Origin: Youngiibacter multivorans
Lineage (GTDB): Bacteria; Bacillota; Clostridia; Clostridiales; Clostridiaceae
Reading direction: 5' to 3'
DNA: 32,000 nucleotides
Assembly: GCF_017873395.1 (NCBI RefSeq)
Contig: NZ_JAGGKC010000035.1
Coordinates: 1 to 32,000, forward strand
Below, piece by piece: positions 8,023 through 16,961 of this stretch. Both the position numbers and the translations under genes were made by a program. Positions within the stretch are counted from its first letter, which is position 1. Every line of letters starts with the position of its first letter. The notes under the pieces were generated by a model that searched no databases, was not told the origin of the DNA, and saw only the letters and a list, made by a program, of their open reading frames with translations.

Positions 8023-9246
8023 ATGGCCCGAATCATAAGAGTAATCAAGGCTTCAGCACCATCAAAATTTGTGAAAAAGAAAGTTGCTGCATATGCGAGA
8101 GTGTCATCAGACAAGGACTCAATGCACCAGTCACTTTCTGCTCAAATAAGCTACTTCAGTGATTTGATTCAAAGGAATCCTGAGTGGGAATTTGTTAGAA
8201 TATATGCAGATGAAGCTAAGACCGGCACTAAGGATACCAGGGAAGAGTTTCAGAACATGCTAAGTGACTGTAGAGAAGGCAAGATTGATCTGATAATCAC
8301 AAAGTCAGTCTCAAGGTTTGCTAGAAATACACTGACAATGCTTGAGGTTGTAAGAGAACTTAAAGCACTTAACATTGATGTGTACTTTGAAAAAGAAAAT
8401 ATTCATTCGATAAGCGGGGATGGTGAGCTAATGCTAACTATCCTCGCTTCTTTTGCTCAAGCAGAAAGTTTATCTGTAAGCGAGAACTGTAAGTGGCGAG
8501 TAAGGAAAAGCTATGCAGAAGGTGAATCCATAAACTTACGATTTATATACGGTTACGATATTTCAGGAAGGTCCATTTCAATTAATGAATTTGAAGCTCA
8601 GATTGTTAGACGGATCTTCAATGACTATATTAGTGGGATTGGTGCAACTAGGATAGCCAATGACCTTAGAACTCAAGATGTTAAGAGGCCTCGTGGCGGT
8701 GTTTGGACTTCGGCTAAAGTAATGAAGATCATTAAGAATGAGAAATACGTTGGAGATTCACTCCTTCAAAAAAGATATGTGTCAAACCATTTAGAGAAGA
8801 AACTGATAAACAACAATGGAGCATTACCCCAGTACTATGTAAGGAACTCACATCCTGCCATAGTATCCAGAGAAATCTTTGATGAAGCGAATAAGATTTT
8901 GAAGGAAAGGACCGCGGGAGTAGCTAGCAAAAAAGTAACTTGGAGTCCGCTTAGAGGTTTAGTCAAATGCACAGAATGCGGGAAATACTACAGAAGAAAA
9001 CATAATCATGGAAGAGTGTATCTAGTCTGTGGGAGTGTCATCGACTACGGTAAAGATGCTTGTAAATCGAAATATGTGAGAGAAAGTAGGTTTACTGAGT
9101 TACTAAAAAGAACTCTTGGGATTGACTGCTTGGAGAAAGATTTGATCAGAAAACAGATACAGACAGTACTAATTAATTCAGATGGATCCATAACGATTAA
9201 CTTGGTAAGTGGAAAGAGCATATACTTTGAGGAGGGTTGTGAATGA
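8023..9246 (+). CDS. Serine recombinase (resolvase catalytic domain + recombinase domain + Zn ribbon; short, no long coiled-coil)
   Basis: ATG 8023 lies after AGGAGG. Motifs: AAYARVSSD catalytic Ser, DLIITKSVSRFARN, and CTECGKYY...LVCG...CKSK zinc ribbon near the C-terminus. Confidence 0.85.
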   Translation: MARIIRVIKASAPSKFVKKKVAAYARVSSDKDSMHQSLSAQISYFSDLIQRNPEWEFVRIYADEAKTGTKDTREEFQNMLSDCREGKIDLIITKSVSRFARNTLTMLEVVRELKALNIDVYFEKENIHSISGDGELMLTILASFAQAESLSVSENCKWRVRKSYAEGESINLRFIYGYDISGRSISINEFEAQIVRRIFNDYISGIGATRIANDLRTQDVKRPRGGVWTSAKVMKIIKNEKYVGDSLLQKRYVSNHLEKKLINNNGALPQYYVRNSHPAIVSREIFDEANKILKERTAGVASKKVTWSPLRGLVKCTECGKYYRRKHNHGRVYLVCGSVIDYGKDACKSKYVRESRFTELLKRTLGIDCLEKDLIRKQIQTVLINSDGSITINLVSGKSIYFEEGCE

Positions 9247-10817
9247 GCTTAGCAAAAGCAATTACGGTTATTCCGGCTGCAAAGAAATTTAGCGAGATAT
9301 CTTCAAGCACCTGGACGACGAAGAAGCGAGTCGCAGCCTACGCCAGGGTATCCACTGATAATGAGGAACAGCTATCGAGTTTTGAAGCGCAAAGGAACTA
9401 CTACGCGCAATACATAAGATCAAAGTCTGAGTGGACGTTTGTCGAGGTTTATGCGGATGAAGGTATTTCAGCGACAAGCACGAAAAAGAGAGACGGCTTC
9501 AATCGAATGGTCAATGATGCGCTAGATGGGAAGATTGACCTGATAATTACCAAGTCAGTCTCGAGATTTGCAAGGAACACTGTAGACACACTGACCACGG
9601 TTAGAAAACTTAAGGAGCAGGAGGTAGAGGTCTATTTCGAGAAGGAGAACATTTATACATTAGATAGCAAGGGAGAGTTGCTCATTACGATAATGTCCAG
9701 CCTTGCGCAAGAAGAATCGCGAAGCATTAGTGAAAATGTAACCTGGGGCCAGAGAAAGAGATTCGCAGAAGGAAAGGTGAACTTACCTTACGGACAATTC
9801 TTAGGCTATGAAAAAGGTGAAGATAATCTTCCAAAGATTGTCGAGAAAGAAGCTCAAGTGGTCAGAAAGATATATAGACTCTTTCTTGAAGGCAAGACTC
9901 CAAGCGGGATAGCGAAGATACTAACTGATGAAAAGATCCCTTCTCCTGGAGGTAAAGAGAAATGGCCAGTAAGTACAGTCACAAGCATTCTTACAAATGA
10001 GAAATACAAGGGAGATGCAATACTACAAAAAGCGTTTACTGTGGATTTTCTAACCAAGAAAAAGAAGAAGAATGAAGGGGAAATCCCCATGTACTATGTT
10101 GAGAACAGCCATCCAAGCATAGTGAGTTCGGATGTGTTTGATCAGGTACAATACGAACTAAAAATCCGGAAGAAACATAACGGGTATAAGACAGGAGTAA
10201 GTTGCTTCTCAGGTAGAATAAAATGTGGTCAATGTGGCTGCTATTATGGGAGTAAAGTCTGGCACTCGAACAGCAAGTATAGAAGGGTTATCTGGCAATG
10301 CAATCACAAGTATCAAGATGAAGAGAAATGCAGCACTCCACATATTTATGAGGAGAACTTGAAAAAGGCATTCATTGAGGAGCTGAACAAAATTCTACTT
10401 AACCAGGACAAGGTCATCTCAGATCTAAGACTGATTTCACATGAGATCTTCGATTCAAACAAACTGATTGAGAAGGAGTTATACCTTAAAAATGAACTCA
10501 CTATTGTTGAAAACCTAATTGAAAAATGTATAAAAGACAACGCCTTGGTTGCATGTGACCAGAATGAGTACAGTATAAGGTACAATGAGTTATTAAAAAG
10601 ACATGAAAATAAAAAGTCTGAACTTAACAGATTAGTACAGCAGAGGGCGGATGCCAGCACAAAGAAACGTAGTTTAGAGGAGTTGGTAAGGAGGATTGAG
10701 GAGCAGGAGATCATTCTAACCTCGTTTGACGAGGAATTATGGATTTCCTTGGTAGATAGTGTAGTAATCCAGCCAAGTGGAGAAATGTTATTCAATTTCC
10801 AGGGTAAGATTTTTTAG
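9243..10817 (+). CDS. Large serine recombinase (integrase) with Zn ribbon, long coiled-coil and FDEELW C-terminal tail
   Basis: ATGA overlap with the upstream recombinase. Motifs: AAYARVSTD, DLIITKSVSRFARN, CGQCGCYYGSK...WQCNHK..., then a ~130-aa Lys/Glu-rich helical region. Confidence 0.9.
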   Translation: MSLAKAITVIPAAKKFSEISSSTWTTKKRVAAYARVSTDNEEQLSSFEAQRNYYAQYIRSKSEWTFVEVYADEGISATSTKKRDGFNRMVNDALDGKIDLIITKSVSRFARNTVDTLTTVRKLKEQEVEVYFEKENIYTLDSKGELLITIMSSLAQEESRSISENVTWGQRKRFAEGKVNLPYGQFLGYEKGEDNLPKIVEKEAQVVRKIYRLFLEGKTPSGIAKILTDEKIPSPGGKEKWPVSTVTSILTNEKYKGDAILQKAFTVDFLTKKKKKNEGEIPMYYVENSHPSIVSSDVFDQVQYELKIRKKHNGYKTGVSCFSGRIKCGQCGCYYGSKVWHSNSKYRRVIWQCNHKYQDEEKCSTPHIYEENLKKAFIEELNKILLNQDKVISDLRLISHEIFDSNKLIEKELYLKNELTIVENLIEKCIKDNALVACDQNEYSIRYNELLKRHENKKSELNRLVQQRADASTKKRSLEELVRRIEEQEIILTSFDEELWISLVDSVVIQPSGEMLFNFQGKIF

Positions 10818-10826
10818 CTAATGTAA

Positions 10827-10868
10827 ATGACTATGTGGGTTCTTTGGAACAGCATAGTCATTTTTTTG
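10827..10868 (+). terminator. Rho-independent terminator after the recombinase genes
   Basis: ATGACTATG (10827-10835) / CATAGTCAT (10853-10861) with inner GTTC/GAAC pairing, then a T7 run. Confidence 0.7.
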
Positions 10869-11205
10869 TTTGCATCATGTTGAAAAAATCGTATTAAGCG
10901 CTTAGATTCATATTTTAGGATAAATGATGATAGTTACGGATTTTGCAAAGTATATTGCACAAAAACCATAAAACACAGAATAAAATGCTTGCCATAATAT
11001 TTAATGTGCAGTATATTATAAATAACCCGCAATGTTTTCAAATAATGTGCAGTAAAATGGACGAATAGAGGTGAGATATTATGAAATAAAAATCGTGAAC
11101 GATATATTGTACGCTTGGGATTGAGGCATATAAGTTGAAACTGGTAGGTTTGTCTTTGGAGCATGGGTAATAAAATATCAAGTATAGTATTGGAGGACTT
11201 ATTAA

Positions 11206-12075
11206 ATGCAAAAAAAAATAACTCTTAGAAATCTCCTTGATAAAGAAGGATTGATCGTTGCGCCAGGTTGCCACGATGCCTTTGGAGCAAAAATTATTGA
11301 ACATGTCGGGTTTGAAGTAGCTTATATGACAGGTAATGGTACTTCAGCCAGCTTAATTGGAAAGCCTGACCTTGGTCTAATTACTGCGTCCGAGATGGTA
11401 ACTCATGCGAGAGGGATTGTTTCGGCAGTAAACATACCCATAATTTGTGATTGTGACAATGGTTATGGCGGTGTAAATAATGTTATTAGAGCAGTAGAAG
11501 AATATGAGGCAGCTGGGGTATCGGCAATACACATAGAAGACCAGGATATGCCGAAAAAATGTGCAGCTCTGGGAGATATAAAGTTCATCGCCAAAGAAGA
11601 ACTTACTGAAAAAATTAAAGCTGCCGTACATGCAAGGAAAGATAAAAACTTTACGATTATTGCACGTACAGACTGCCGTAGTGCTTTGGGGTTAAAGGAA
11701 GCAATTAGCCGTGGCCAAGCCTGTGCAAATGCGGGTGCTGATGTAGTCTATATTGAATTACTAGAGTCTATCGATGAAATGAAGGAAGTAGTTAGAAGTA
11801 TCGATGCCCCAGTGATGTTCGATATGCTGGAACATTTCAGGATGCCTTATATAAATGTTAAGGAATTGGAGAATATCGGATATAAACTGGTTGTTTTCCC
11901 TCTTTCCTCCACACTGACATATGCTAAATCAATATTAGGTTTAATGACTTCGTTAAAAGAAACTGGCACAACAGAAGCTTTCCTGGATAAAATGCTGACT
12001 TTAAAAGAATATGAACACTTACTAGGATATGACATGATTGAACGAAGAGAAATTGCTATACGTAAGCAGTGTTAA
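11206..12075 (+). CDS. Isocitrate lyase / PEP mutase superfamily enzyme (methylisocitrate-lyase / carboxyPEP-mutase-like)
   Basis: ...APGCHDA..AKI.E..GF...YMTG...SASL.G.PD.GL......DCDNGYGG..NV...V..YE.AGV.AIHIEDQ..PKKC....IIARTD... GGAGG RBS present. Confidence 0.75.
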   Translation: MQKKITLRNLLDKEGLIVAPGCHDAFGAKIIEHVGFEVAYMTGNGTSASLIGKPDLGLITASEMVTHARGIVSAVNIPIICDCDNGYGGVNNVIRAVEEYEAAGVSAIHIEDQDMPKKCAALGDIKFIAKEELTEKIKAAVHARKDKNFTIIARTDCRSALGLKEAISRGQACANAGADVVYIELLESIDEMKEVVRSIDAPVMFDMLEHFRMPYINVKELENIGYKLVVFPLSSTLTYAKSILGLMTSLKETGTTEAFLDKMLTLKEYEHLLGYDMIERREIAIRKQC

Positions 12076-12115
12076 TAAGACAAAAGAATTGGCTCGTATG
12101 AAAGGAGAACTCGAA

Positions 12116-13577
12116 ATGGAAAACAACAAACGCATTATTATTCTGATGGTCGCTCTGTTTTTCACTTTTGTTTTTGGATACGTTTGTCCAACGTGGGCAA
12201 CTGTCACCCCCATGGGTTTAAAAATCCTTGGTGCTTTGCTTGGCTGGCTCGTTCTAGCTGCTAGCGGATTTGGCCTGATTGTCCCCAGCCTAATTGCACT
12301 AGTTGCGGTTCAACTTTCTGGCTATTATACCGTCGCTGAAATCTTTTCGAAAGGCATTGGCTCCACCGTAAATATACTCGTAATATTCATTTTTGTCTTG
12401 GTGGAGGTGTTCTCTTCTAGCAAGACAGCCGAATACATTGTCAGGTCGTTCCTTTCCCGGAAATTCGTCAATGGGCATCCCTATGTGTTGACTGCAACAT
12501 TTTTGGTCACGATGGTGGCTCTGGGGACTATTGTGGGTTCCCTCGGTATAATCATGCTTGCAATTGTTCTCCTTGAAAACATCGCAACTATTGCCGGCAT
12601 TAACAAGACGGATGACTGGGCTCGCTTTTTGCTGATCAGCATTGTCGCTCTTTCTGGCGTCACGGAGCTCCTGTTCCCTTTCAAACCGTTTGCGCAAATT
12701 TTCATAGGCCTTTTTAACAGCTCCCTTAAGATTATGAATGTTTCTATCAATGAAGGTACCTATTTTCTGACAGGTACCATCATTGCGGCAATCGCTATTA
12801 TCCTTTTAATGCTAGAAGCTCGATTTCTATTCCACTTTAATTTTGATAAGTTGAAGGCACTGGATACGTCTGTCCTAAAAACAAATGAATTCTCCAAAAT
12901 GTCCAAAAAGCAGGGAGTCATTTTGATCACAGTACTTCTTTCTTTCTTTCTTCTATCCTGCCATCATTTTGCTGTTCCCCTCAGATTCCGCTATTTTCAC
13001 GACACTAAATGGTCTTGGACAGGCCCTCTTTATGGCTGCTTGCGTCGCTTTCCTCAGTATTCTTAAAATTGACGGAGAACCAGTCATAGAACCCGCCAAA
13101 ACCTTTGCCAAAGCCGTTAACTGGGACATCGTTTTCGCTATTGCTTGTGTAACCTTGCTGGGGAACGCATTAGGGGCAAATAATTCCGGTTTTACGCCGT
13201 GGTTGCTCGGCATTTTCACAGAACAGTTCAACAATATTGGCATTATTCCCATTCTGATCCTGACTGCTTTAGCAGCCTGCTTACTGACGCAAGTCTTCTC
13301 GAACTTGGCCACCGGAATGATCCTCTGCTCTGTCCTTGCGCCAATGTCCATCTTATTCTATAGCCGTGGAATCAACGTCTCTGTTTTTCCAGCGCTTATT
13401 GGTATTGGCACGTGTTCCGCCTGTTTGATTCCTGCCGGTAGCGGCCAGGCCGCCATTATGCTGTCAACCAAGATTTTTGAAAATGGTAGCAGTTGGGCAA
13501 TGAAAAAAGGCTTGGTTGTTCTGGCGGCTGTCACCATTGCCTGTGCACTATCTACCATCATTGTTGCTTATATTTAA
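12116..13577 (+). pseudogene. Multi-TM anion permease (ion-transporter superfamily, DASS/ArsB-like) split by a +1 frameshift near 12936-12953
   Basis: Two overlapping ORFs (12038..13066 and 12969..13577) are both hydrophobic. Frame B is open from 12927. Together they read ...VLLSFFL/FYPAIILLFPSDSAIF... An SN-containing hairpin motif TQVFSNLATGMIL lies in the second half. The likely start is ATG 12116 after AAAGGAGA. Confidence 0.6.
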
Positions 13578-13859
13578 TACAGGACTTATGCATTTGATGA
13601 AAAATAACCCCAAAGCAAAATCCGAAAATATTTTTACTAAGCCCAGTGAATTGTTGATGGGACTTTCGAAGGGCTGGGTGCTGACGCTGGGATTGGAAAT
13701 CTACAAGCAATCATCGCCGTATATGAAAATCAGGTATGCTTACGCGGTTGTGAAAAATACAGTGCATATAAAGAAGAATTAACCTAATTGTGAACTGCAC
13801 CCCAATAGTTAGACATGTGATATGATAAACATGCCTAACGAGAGGAGTGCAGTTGTTGT

Positions 13860-14023
13860 ATGGTGAAATATTCATTGGAATTTAAGCTGGAAGTAGTAAA
13901 AGTGTAATAGAGGATATGGTATCAGCGTCAGAAGCTGCTAGAACAATCAACGTCAATAGAAGTGAAGTTCTGAAATGGATAGCAGCATACCAAGCCCATG
14001 GATTAAATGGAATAGAAAAGTAG
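13860..14023 (+). pseudogene. IS3-family (IS150-like) transposase OrfA remnant
   Basis: MVKYSLEFKLEVVKV is followed by TAA TAG stops. It then resumes as EDMVSASEAARTINVNRSEVLKWIAAYQAHGLNGIEK*, the HTH portion of OrfA. Confidence 0.6.
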
Positions 14024-14278
14024 CGTATTAGAACTTTCTTAGGAATCTGAGATATGTCCCCTAAAAAGGTTAGTATGATAACTATCTTGACAAATAACGT
14101 TATTCCAATGGATAATGACGATAGATAAAGCAACCGAAAAGTTCAAAAACGGATATAACTGAAATATTCGCCAGTGGCTCATAAATCAACATCAAATCTT
14201 AACACAAACAATCAACGATTGTTACAATGCTTGATCTGCAGAGCAATAGTGATGATTGAAAGGTAGAGAGGTTAATAA

Positions 14279-14830
14279 ATGAATATAGGAGACCAGTTAA
14301 AACAAACCAGAGAAAGAAAAGGACTTTCCTTACGAGAAGTAGGTGAAAAAGCAGGGCTGTCAGCTAGTTTTATTGGTCAAGTTGAACGAGATGAAACCAG
14401 CCCTTCCATGCGTTCAATTAAAAGCATAACAGATGCTCTTGGAGTTAAATTAGCTGATTTATTAAACTCTGTTGAGAGTCAGCAAGAAGATTCCTCGCAT
14501 GTAGTTGCTTTAGATAATAGAAGGAAAGTTGAGAATCTATTTCCCGGATTAGAAATGTATTATCTCACTCCTAAGGGAAAAAAGGATTTTATGGTAGCAA
14601 TGCTATATGCAAAACCAGGGTCATCCTCAGGGGATGACTTCAGCATACATGATGGTGAGGAGTTTGGATATATCATCAGTGGCATGCTTTGGTTTTGGAT
14701 GGATGGAAATGAATATAATCTCCGTGAAGGAGACAGCATAAGCCTAAATTCTTCTATACCACATAGATGGGAGAATAGAAGCTCATCACCGTGTACCTCT
14801 TTGTGGGTGACAACACCCCCAGCATATTAA
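14279..14830 (+). CDS. XRE-family HTH + C-terminal cupin transcriptional regulator
   Basis: The N-terminus LKQTRERKGLSLREVGEKAGLSASFIGQVERDETSPSMRSI is an HTH_3 motif. The C-terminus G.EFGYI..G..W....G.EY.L.EGDS.....IPHRWEN is a cupin motif. Confidence 0.85.
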   Translation: MNIGDQLKQTRERKGLSLREVGEKAGLSASFIGQVERDETSPSMRSIKSITDALGVKLADLLNSVESQQEDSSHVVALDNRRKVENLFPGLEMYYLTPKGKKDFMVAMLYAKPGSSSGDDFSIHDGEEFGYIISGMLWFWMDGNEYNLREGDSISLNSSIPHRWENRSSSPCTSLWVTTPPAY

Positions 14831-14844
14831 TTAGACGAAAAATT

Positions 14845-14880
14845 CCCTTCGCTATAACCGGCAGAAGGGTTTTTATTTTT
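14845..14880 (+). terminator. Rho-independent terminator
   Basis: CCCTTC (14845-14850) / GAAGGG (14864-14869), followed by TTTTTATTTTT. Confidence 0.6.
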
Positions 14881-14913
14881 CAAGTTTATTTATCAAAATA
14901 ATTATTGATTTTA

Positions 14914-15066
14914 TTAATCAACTCTATACTTTGGCTCACTCTGGTTTTTAAGAATATTTAACAGATGTGTTTTTACTGTGTTGGGACTAATAAAAGTCTT
15001 TTCCCAATTTCGGCATTATTAAGGCCATCCAGAATCAGTCTGACAATTTCTATTTCTTGTAATGAT
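14914..15066 (-). pseudogene. LuxR-type HTH domain remnant (frameshifted, N-terminally truncated)
   Basis: The minus strand reads SLQEIEIVRLILDGLNNAEIGKRL, then a frameshift, then ISPNTVKTHLLNILKNQSEPKYRVD*. A stop lies two codons upstream of the fragment. Confidence 0.6.
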
Positions 15067-15086
15067 CAAGTAATTTTGCAACACCA

Positions 15087-15265
15087 CTATCTAGTTTGAT
15101 CCAACTGATATCGTGCCTGAAAAGGCGTTCGGTAATCATAAAAAGAATGTGGCCGAATTTGGTTGTACCAGCCATAAGCATATTCGAAAATAGCCTGCTC
15201 AACTCTTCATCCACTTGGAAATTGAAACGATTAATCAGTTCTGCTTCGAAAGTGTTGTAATATCG
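15087..15265 (-). pseudogene. IS3-family transposase OrfB C-terminal remnant (frameshifted)
   Basis: The minus strand reads ...YYNTFEAELINRFNFQVDEELSR.., then a frameshift, then FEYAYGWYNQIRPHSFYDYRTPFQARYQLDQTR*. This is the typical end of a DDE integrase-core transposase. Confidence 0.6.
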
Positions 15266-15284
15266 TTACATCGGTAAAAGAATT

Positions 15285-15319
15285 CGGGAGGTGGCCTTTT
15301 CTCTTCGAGCCTCCTCCCG
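15285..15319 (-). terminator. Hairpin terminator downstream of the SAF-domain dehydrogenase gene
   Basis: CGGGAGG (15285-15291) / CCTCCCG (15313-15319). A T-rich tract follows on the minus strand. Confidence 0.5.
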
Positions 15320-15374
15320 TTCTGATTCTCAATTTACTAGACTGAGTTAGGTAAAAACATAGAATATCTAAGGG

Positions 15375-16787
15375 TCAATTGAGATTAAAAGTTTCTTCCT
15401 GCTCATGTCTAAGTTTCCACAAAACTGATCCTGACATGTCTTCTATCATTGAATAGTCGATAATTTCTCCATATTTAATATCCCTAACAGCCCTATTTCC
15501 AGTAATCATGTGGCCAGGGACTGGACTGGTGTGTGACTTTTTTGAAGCGGGTAGAATAAGAGCTTTAAGCTTCAGGTCATGATCGTTACCTAATAATTCA
15601 CCCTTCATGATATCTCGTTCAGCTCTCTTAGCTAGATCGAAGCTAGGGATATATTCTAATGTGCCTGTATCTACACCTAAAAATGCAGCAGAAAGTATTG
15701 ATGTAGCTACTTCAACTCCACACAAATGATAAGGCCTGTAAATAACCACTGTGGAAAGATCGTAATTTGGAATTTGTCCCTTTGTGGCAAGGATATAATT
15801 GGAATAAGCATTATCGCACTTAACTACCATATAGACACCGCCACCCATGCCGGATTCATCCTCTCTTCGAAGGTTTGTATGCACGTCAATAACACCAGTT
15901 ACAGGATAAATGCCGTTGGTTTCCCTTGTGCAGTATGCAATAGGAAGTTCTGTGATTCTTAATGAGGCCTGAGTTAGTTCTGGACACGACGGTTTAAAGC
16001 CGATAGCATTAGCAACTATAACCATTTCACATAGATCAAACGCACCTGCATTTGGCAATCCCTTTAGAAGCTCTGCTCTCTTTTTGATATATTCGTCTGA
16101 TTGTCCTTCTGGTATTTTATTGAAATATTTAATGTCTTCGTCAAGGATATGTACAACATAGTCTTCATGTACAGTGATTCCATCAGCTTTTATAGATACT
16201 GTATTATTTTTCTCATCCAAGATAAACTCGCCATCTCTTGCCTTCCCAGCAGATATTACTGTGAGTCCGATAAGTTTTGCCCATTCAACTAGCGCCATTA
16301 ATAGAGCGGGTTGATCCCCATCAACTGGGGTGTATACTACGCCATACTCCTTAGCTTTCCTTTTAAGGATTGGACCCACGACTGAATCCATTTCTTTACT
16401 TATTGAAACAACATGTTTTTTGCTCTTTATTGCTTCAAGGCTATACTTTGCGCTTGCTTCAGGTACCCCTGTTCCCTCGCATACTACCTCAATAGACGGA
16501 ATATCCATTATTATCATTGGATCATCTGTATAGACGTATTTACCATCTTTAATTAATTTTTCCGCTTCTCTGGCATCTTTCGAGTAGACAATCAAATTCT
16601 CAGATATTCCAGTCTTAATAAACGCAGCTCTCGCATTTTCCAGACTTATATCAGCAACAATATGAACCGCAACATTTGGAGTGCTTAATTGTTGTGTTAC
16701 AACTGCCGTTCCAAAATGACCCGCCCCTATTATTGCTGTTTCTACTTGCCTGTTCTTGAATTTGTTGAACAAATGATGATAAATCAT
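15375..16787 (-). CDS. NAD(P)-binding dehydrogenase with C-terminal SAF domain (predicted homoserine-dehydrogenase-like, COG4091-type)
   Basis: Rossmann motif AIIGAGHFG near the N-terminus, 470 aa. The layout matches the recalled oxidoreductase + SAF family. AAGGAGTG RBS present. Confidence 0.7.
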   Translation of the reverse strand: MIYHHLFNKFKNRQVETAIIGAGHFGTAVVTQQLSTPNVAVHIVADISLENARAAFIKTGISENLIVYSKDAREAEKLIKDGKYVYTDDPMIIMDIPSIEVVCEGTGVPEASAKYSLEAIKSKKHVVSISKEMDSVVGPILKRKAKEYGVVYTPVDGDQPALLMALVEWAKLIGLTVISAGKARDGEFILDEKNNTVSIKADGITVHEDYVVHILDEDIKYFNKIPEGQSDEYIKKRAELLKGLPNAGAFDLCEMVIVANAIGFKPSCPELTQASLRITELPIAYCTRETNGIYPVTGVIDVHTNLRREDESGMGGGVYMVVKCDNAYSNYILATKGQIPNYDLSTVVIYRPYHLCGVEVATSILSAAFLGVDTGTLEYIPSFDLAKRAERDIMKGELLGNDHDLKLKALILPASKKSHTSPVPGHMITGNRAVRDIKYGEIIDYSMIEDMSGSVLWKLRHEQEETFNLN

Positions 16788-16821
16788 GATATCACTCCTT
16801 GAAATTGTTTAAAAATATTAA

Positions 16822-16837
16822 AGCAATAATCATGCCA
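16822..16837 (-). promoter_or_regulatory. Sigma-54 (-24/-12) promoter TGGCAT-GATTA-TTGCT for the dehydrogenase gene
   Basis: The reverse complement of 16822-16837 is TGGCATGATTATTGCT, with correct GG/GC spacing. It lies ~35 nt upstream of the ATG. Confidence 0.8.
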
Positions 16838-16866
16838 ATTAATATCATAAACAATTTCAAACTAAA

Positions 16867-16927
16867 TTGGCAAATTGTTGCCAAAAGTGTTGCAGTTAGT
16901 GTTGTGGCAACTGTTGCGTTGCTGTAA
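16867..16927. promoter_or_regulatory. Putative enhancer (UAS) array: TTGGCAA-ATTG-TTGCCAA palindrome plus GTTGC/GCAAC repeats
   Basis: GTTGC at 16877, 16889, 16913 and 16918; GCAAC at 16907. An 18-bp palindrome lies at 16867-16884. The array is 30-90 bp upstream of the minus-strand sigma-54 promoter. Confidence 0.5.
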
Positions 16928-16961
16928 TATACTTGGTAATTGCACTATTTAGGAGGTATTT

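Larger units (their letters stand above)
1..10868 (+). mobile_element. Right arm of an integrated siphovirus-type prophage (tail tip, fibre, accessory genes, lysis cassette, tandem serine recombinases); left end is outside the window
   Basis: Uninterrupted co-directional run of phage structural, lysis and recombinase genes with short gaps or overlaps. It ends at a strong hairpin plus T-run (10827-10868). An AT-rich gap and unrelated metabolic genes follow. Confidence 0.8.

Noticed and set aside
7971-8162. 63-aa ORF overlapping the first recombinase start
   Set aside because: It is out of frame with the recombinase, whose AGGAGG + ATG 8023 start is convincing.
9854-10795. Minus-strand ORFs 9854..10090 and 10346..10795
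   Set aside because: They are antisense to the large serine recombinase, whose motifs are unambiguous. They arise from the Lys/Glu-rich coiled-coil coding region, which gives open antisense frames.
10934-11304. Minus-strand ORFs 10934..11164 and 11038..11304 in the junction
   Set aside because: They lie in an AT-rich non-coding gap and are Ile/Phe/Tyr/Leu-rich, as expected from AT bias. One overlaps the start of the ICL/PEP-mutase-family gene. No RBS.
13516-13782. 88-aa plus-strand ORF after the permease
   Set aside because: It overlaps the permease 3' end out of frame. A different frame (from ~13655) reads ...EGLGADAGIGNLQAIIAVYENQVCLRGCEKYSAYKEELT* and looks like a startless C-terminal gene fragment. 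Neither can be assigned, so this is probably more decay debris.
16867-16884. TTGGCAAATTGTTGCC read as a fourth sigma-54 promoter
   Set aside because: The GG-to-GC spacing is one nucleotide short of the -24/-12 geometry, and the element is an 18-bp palindrome. It is better explained as an activator binding site.
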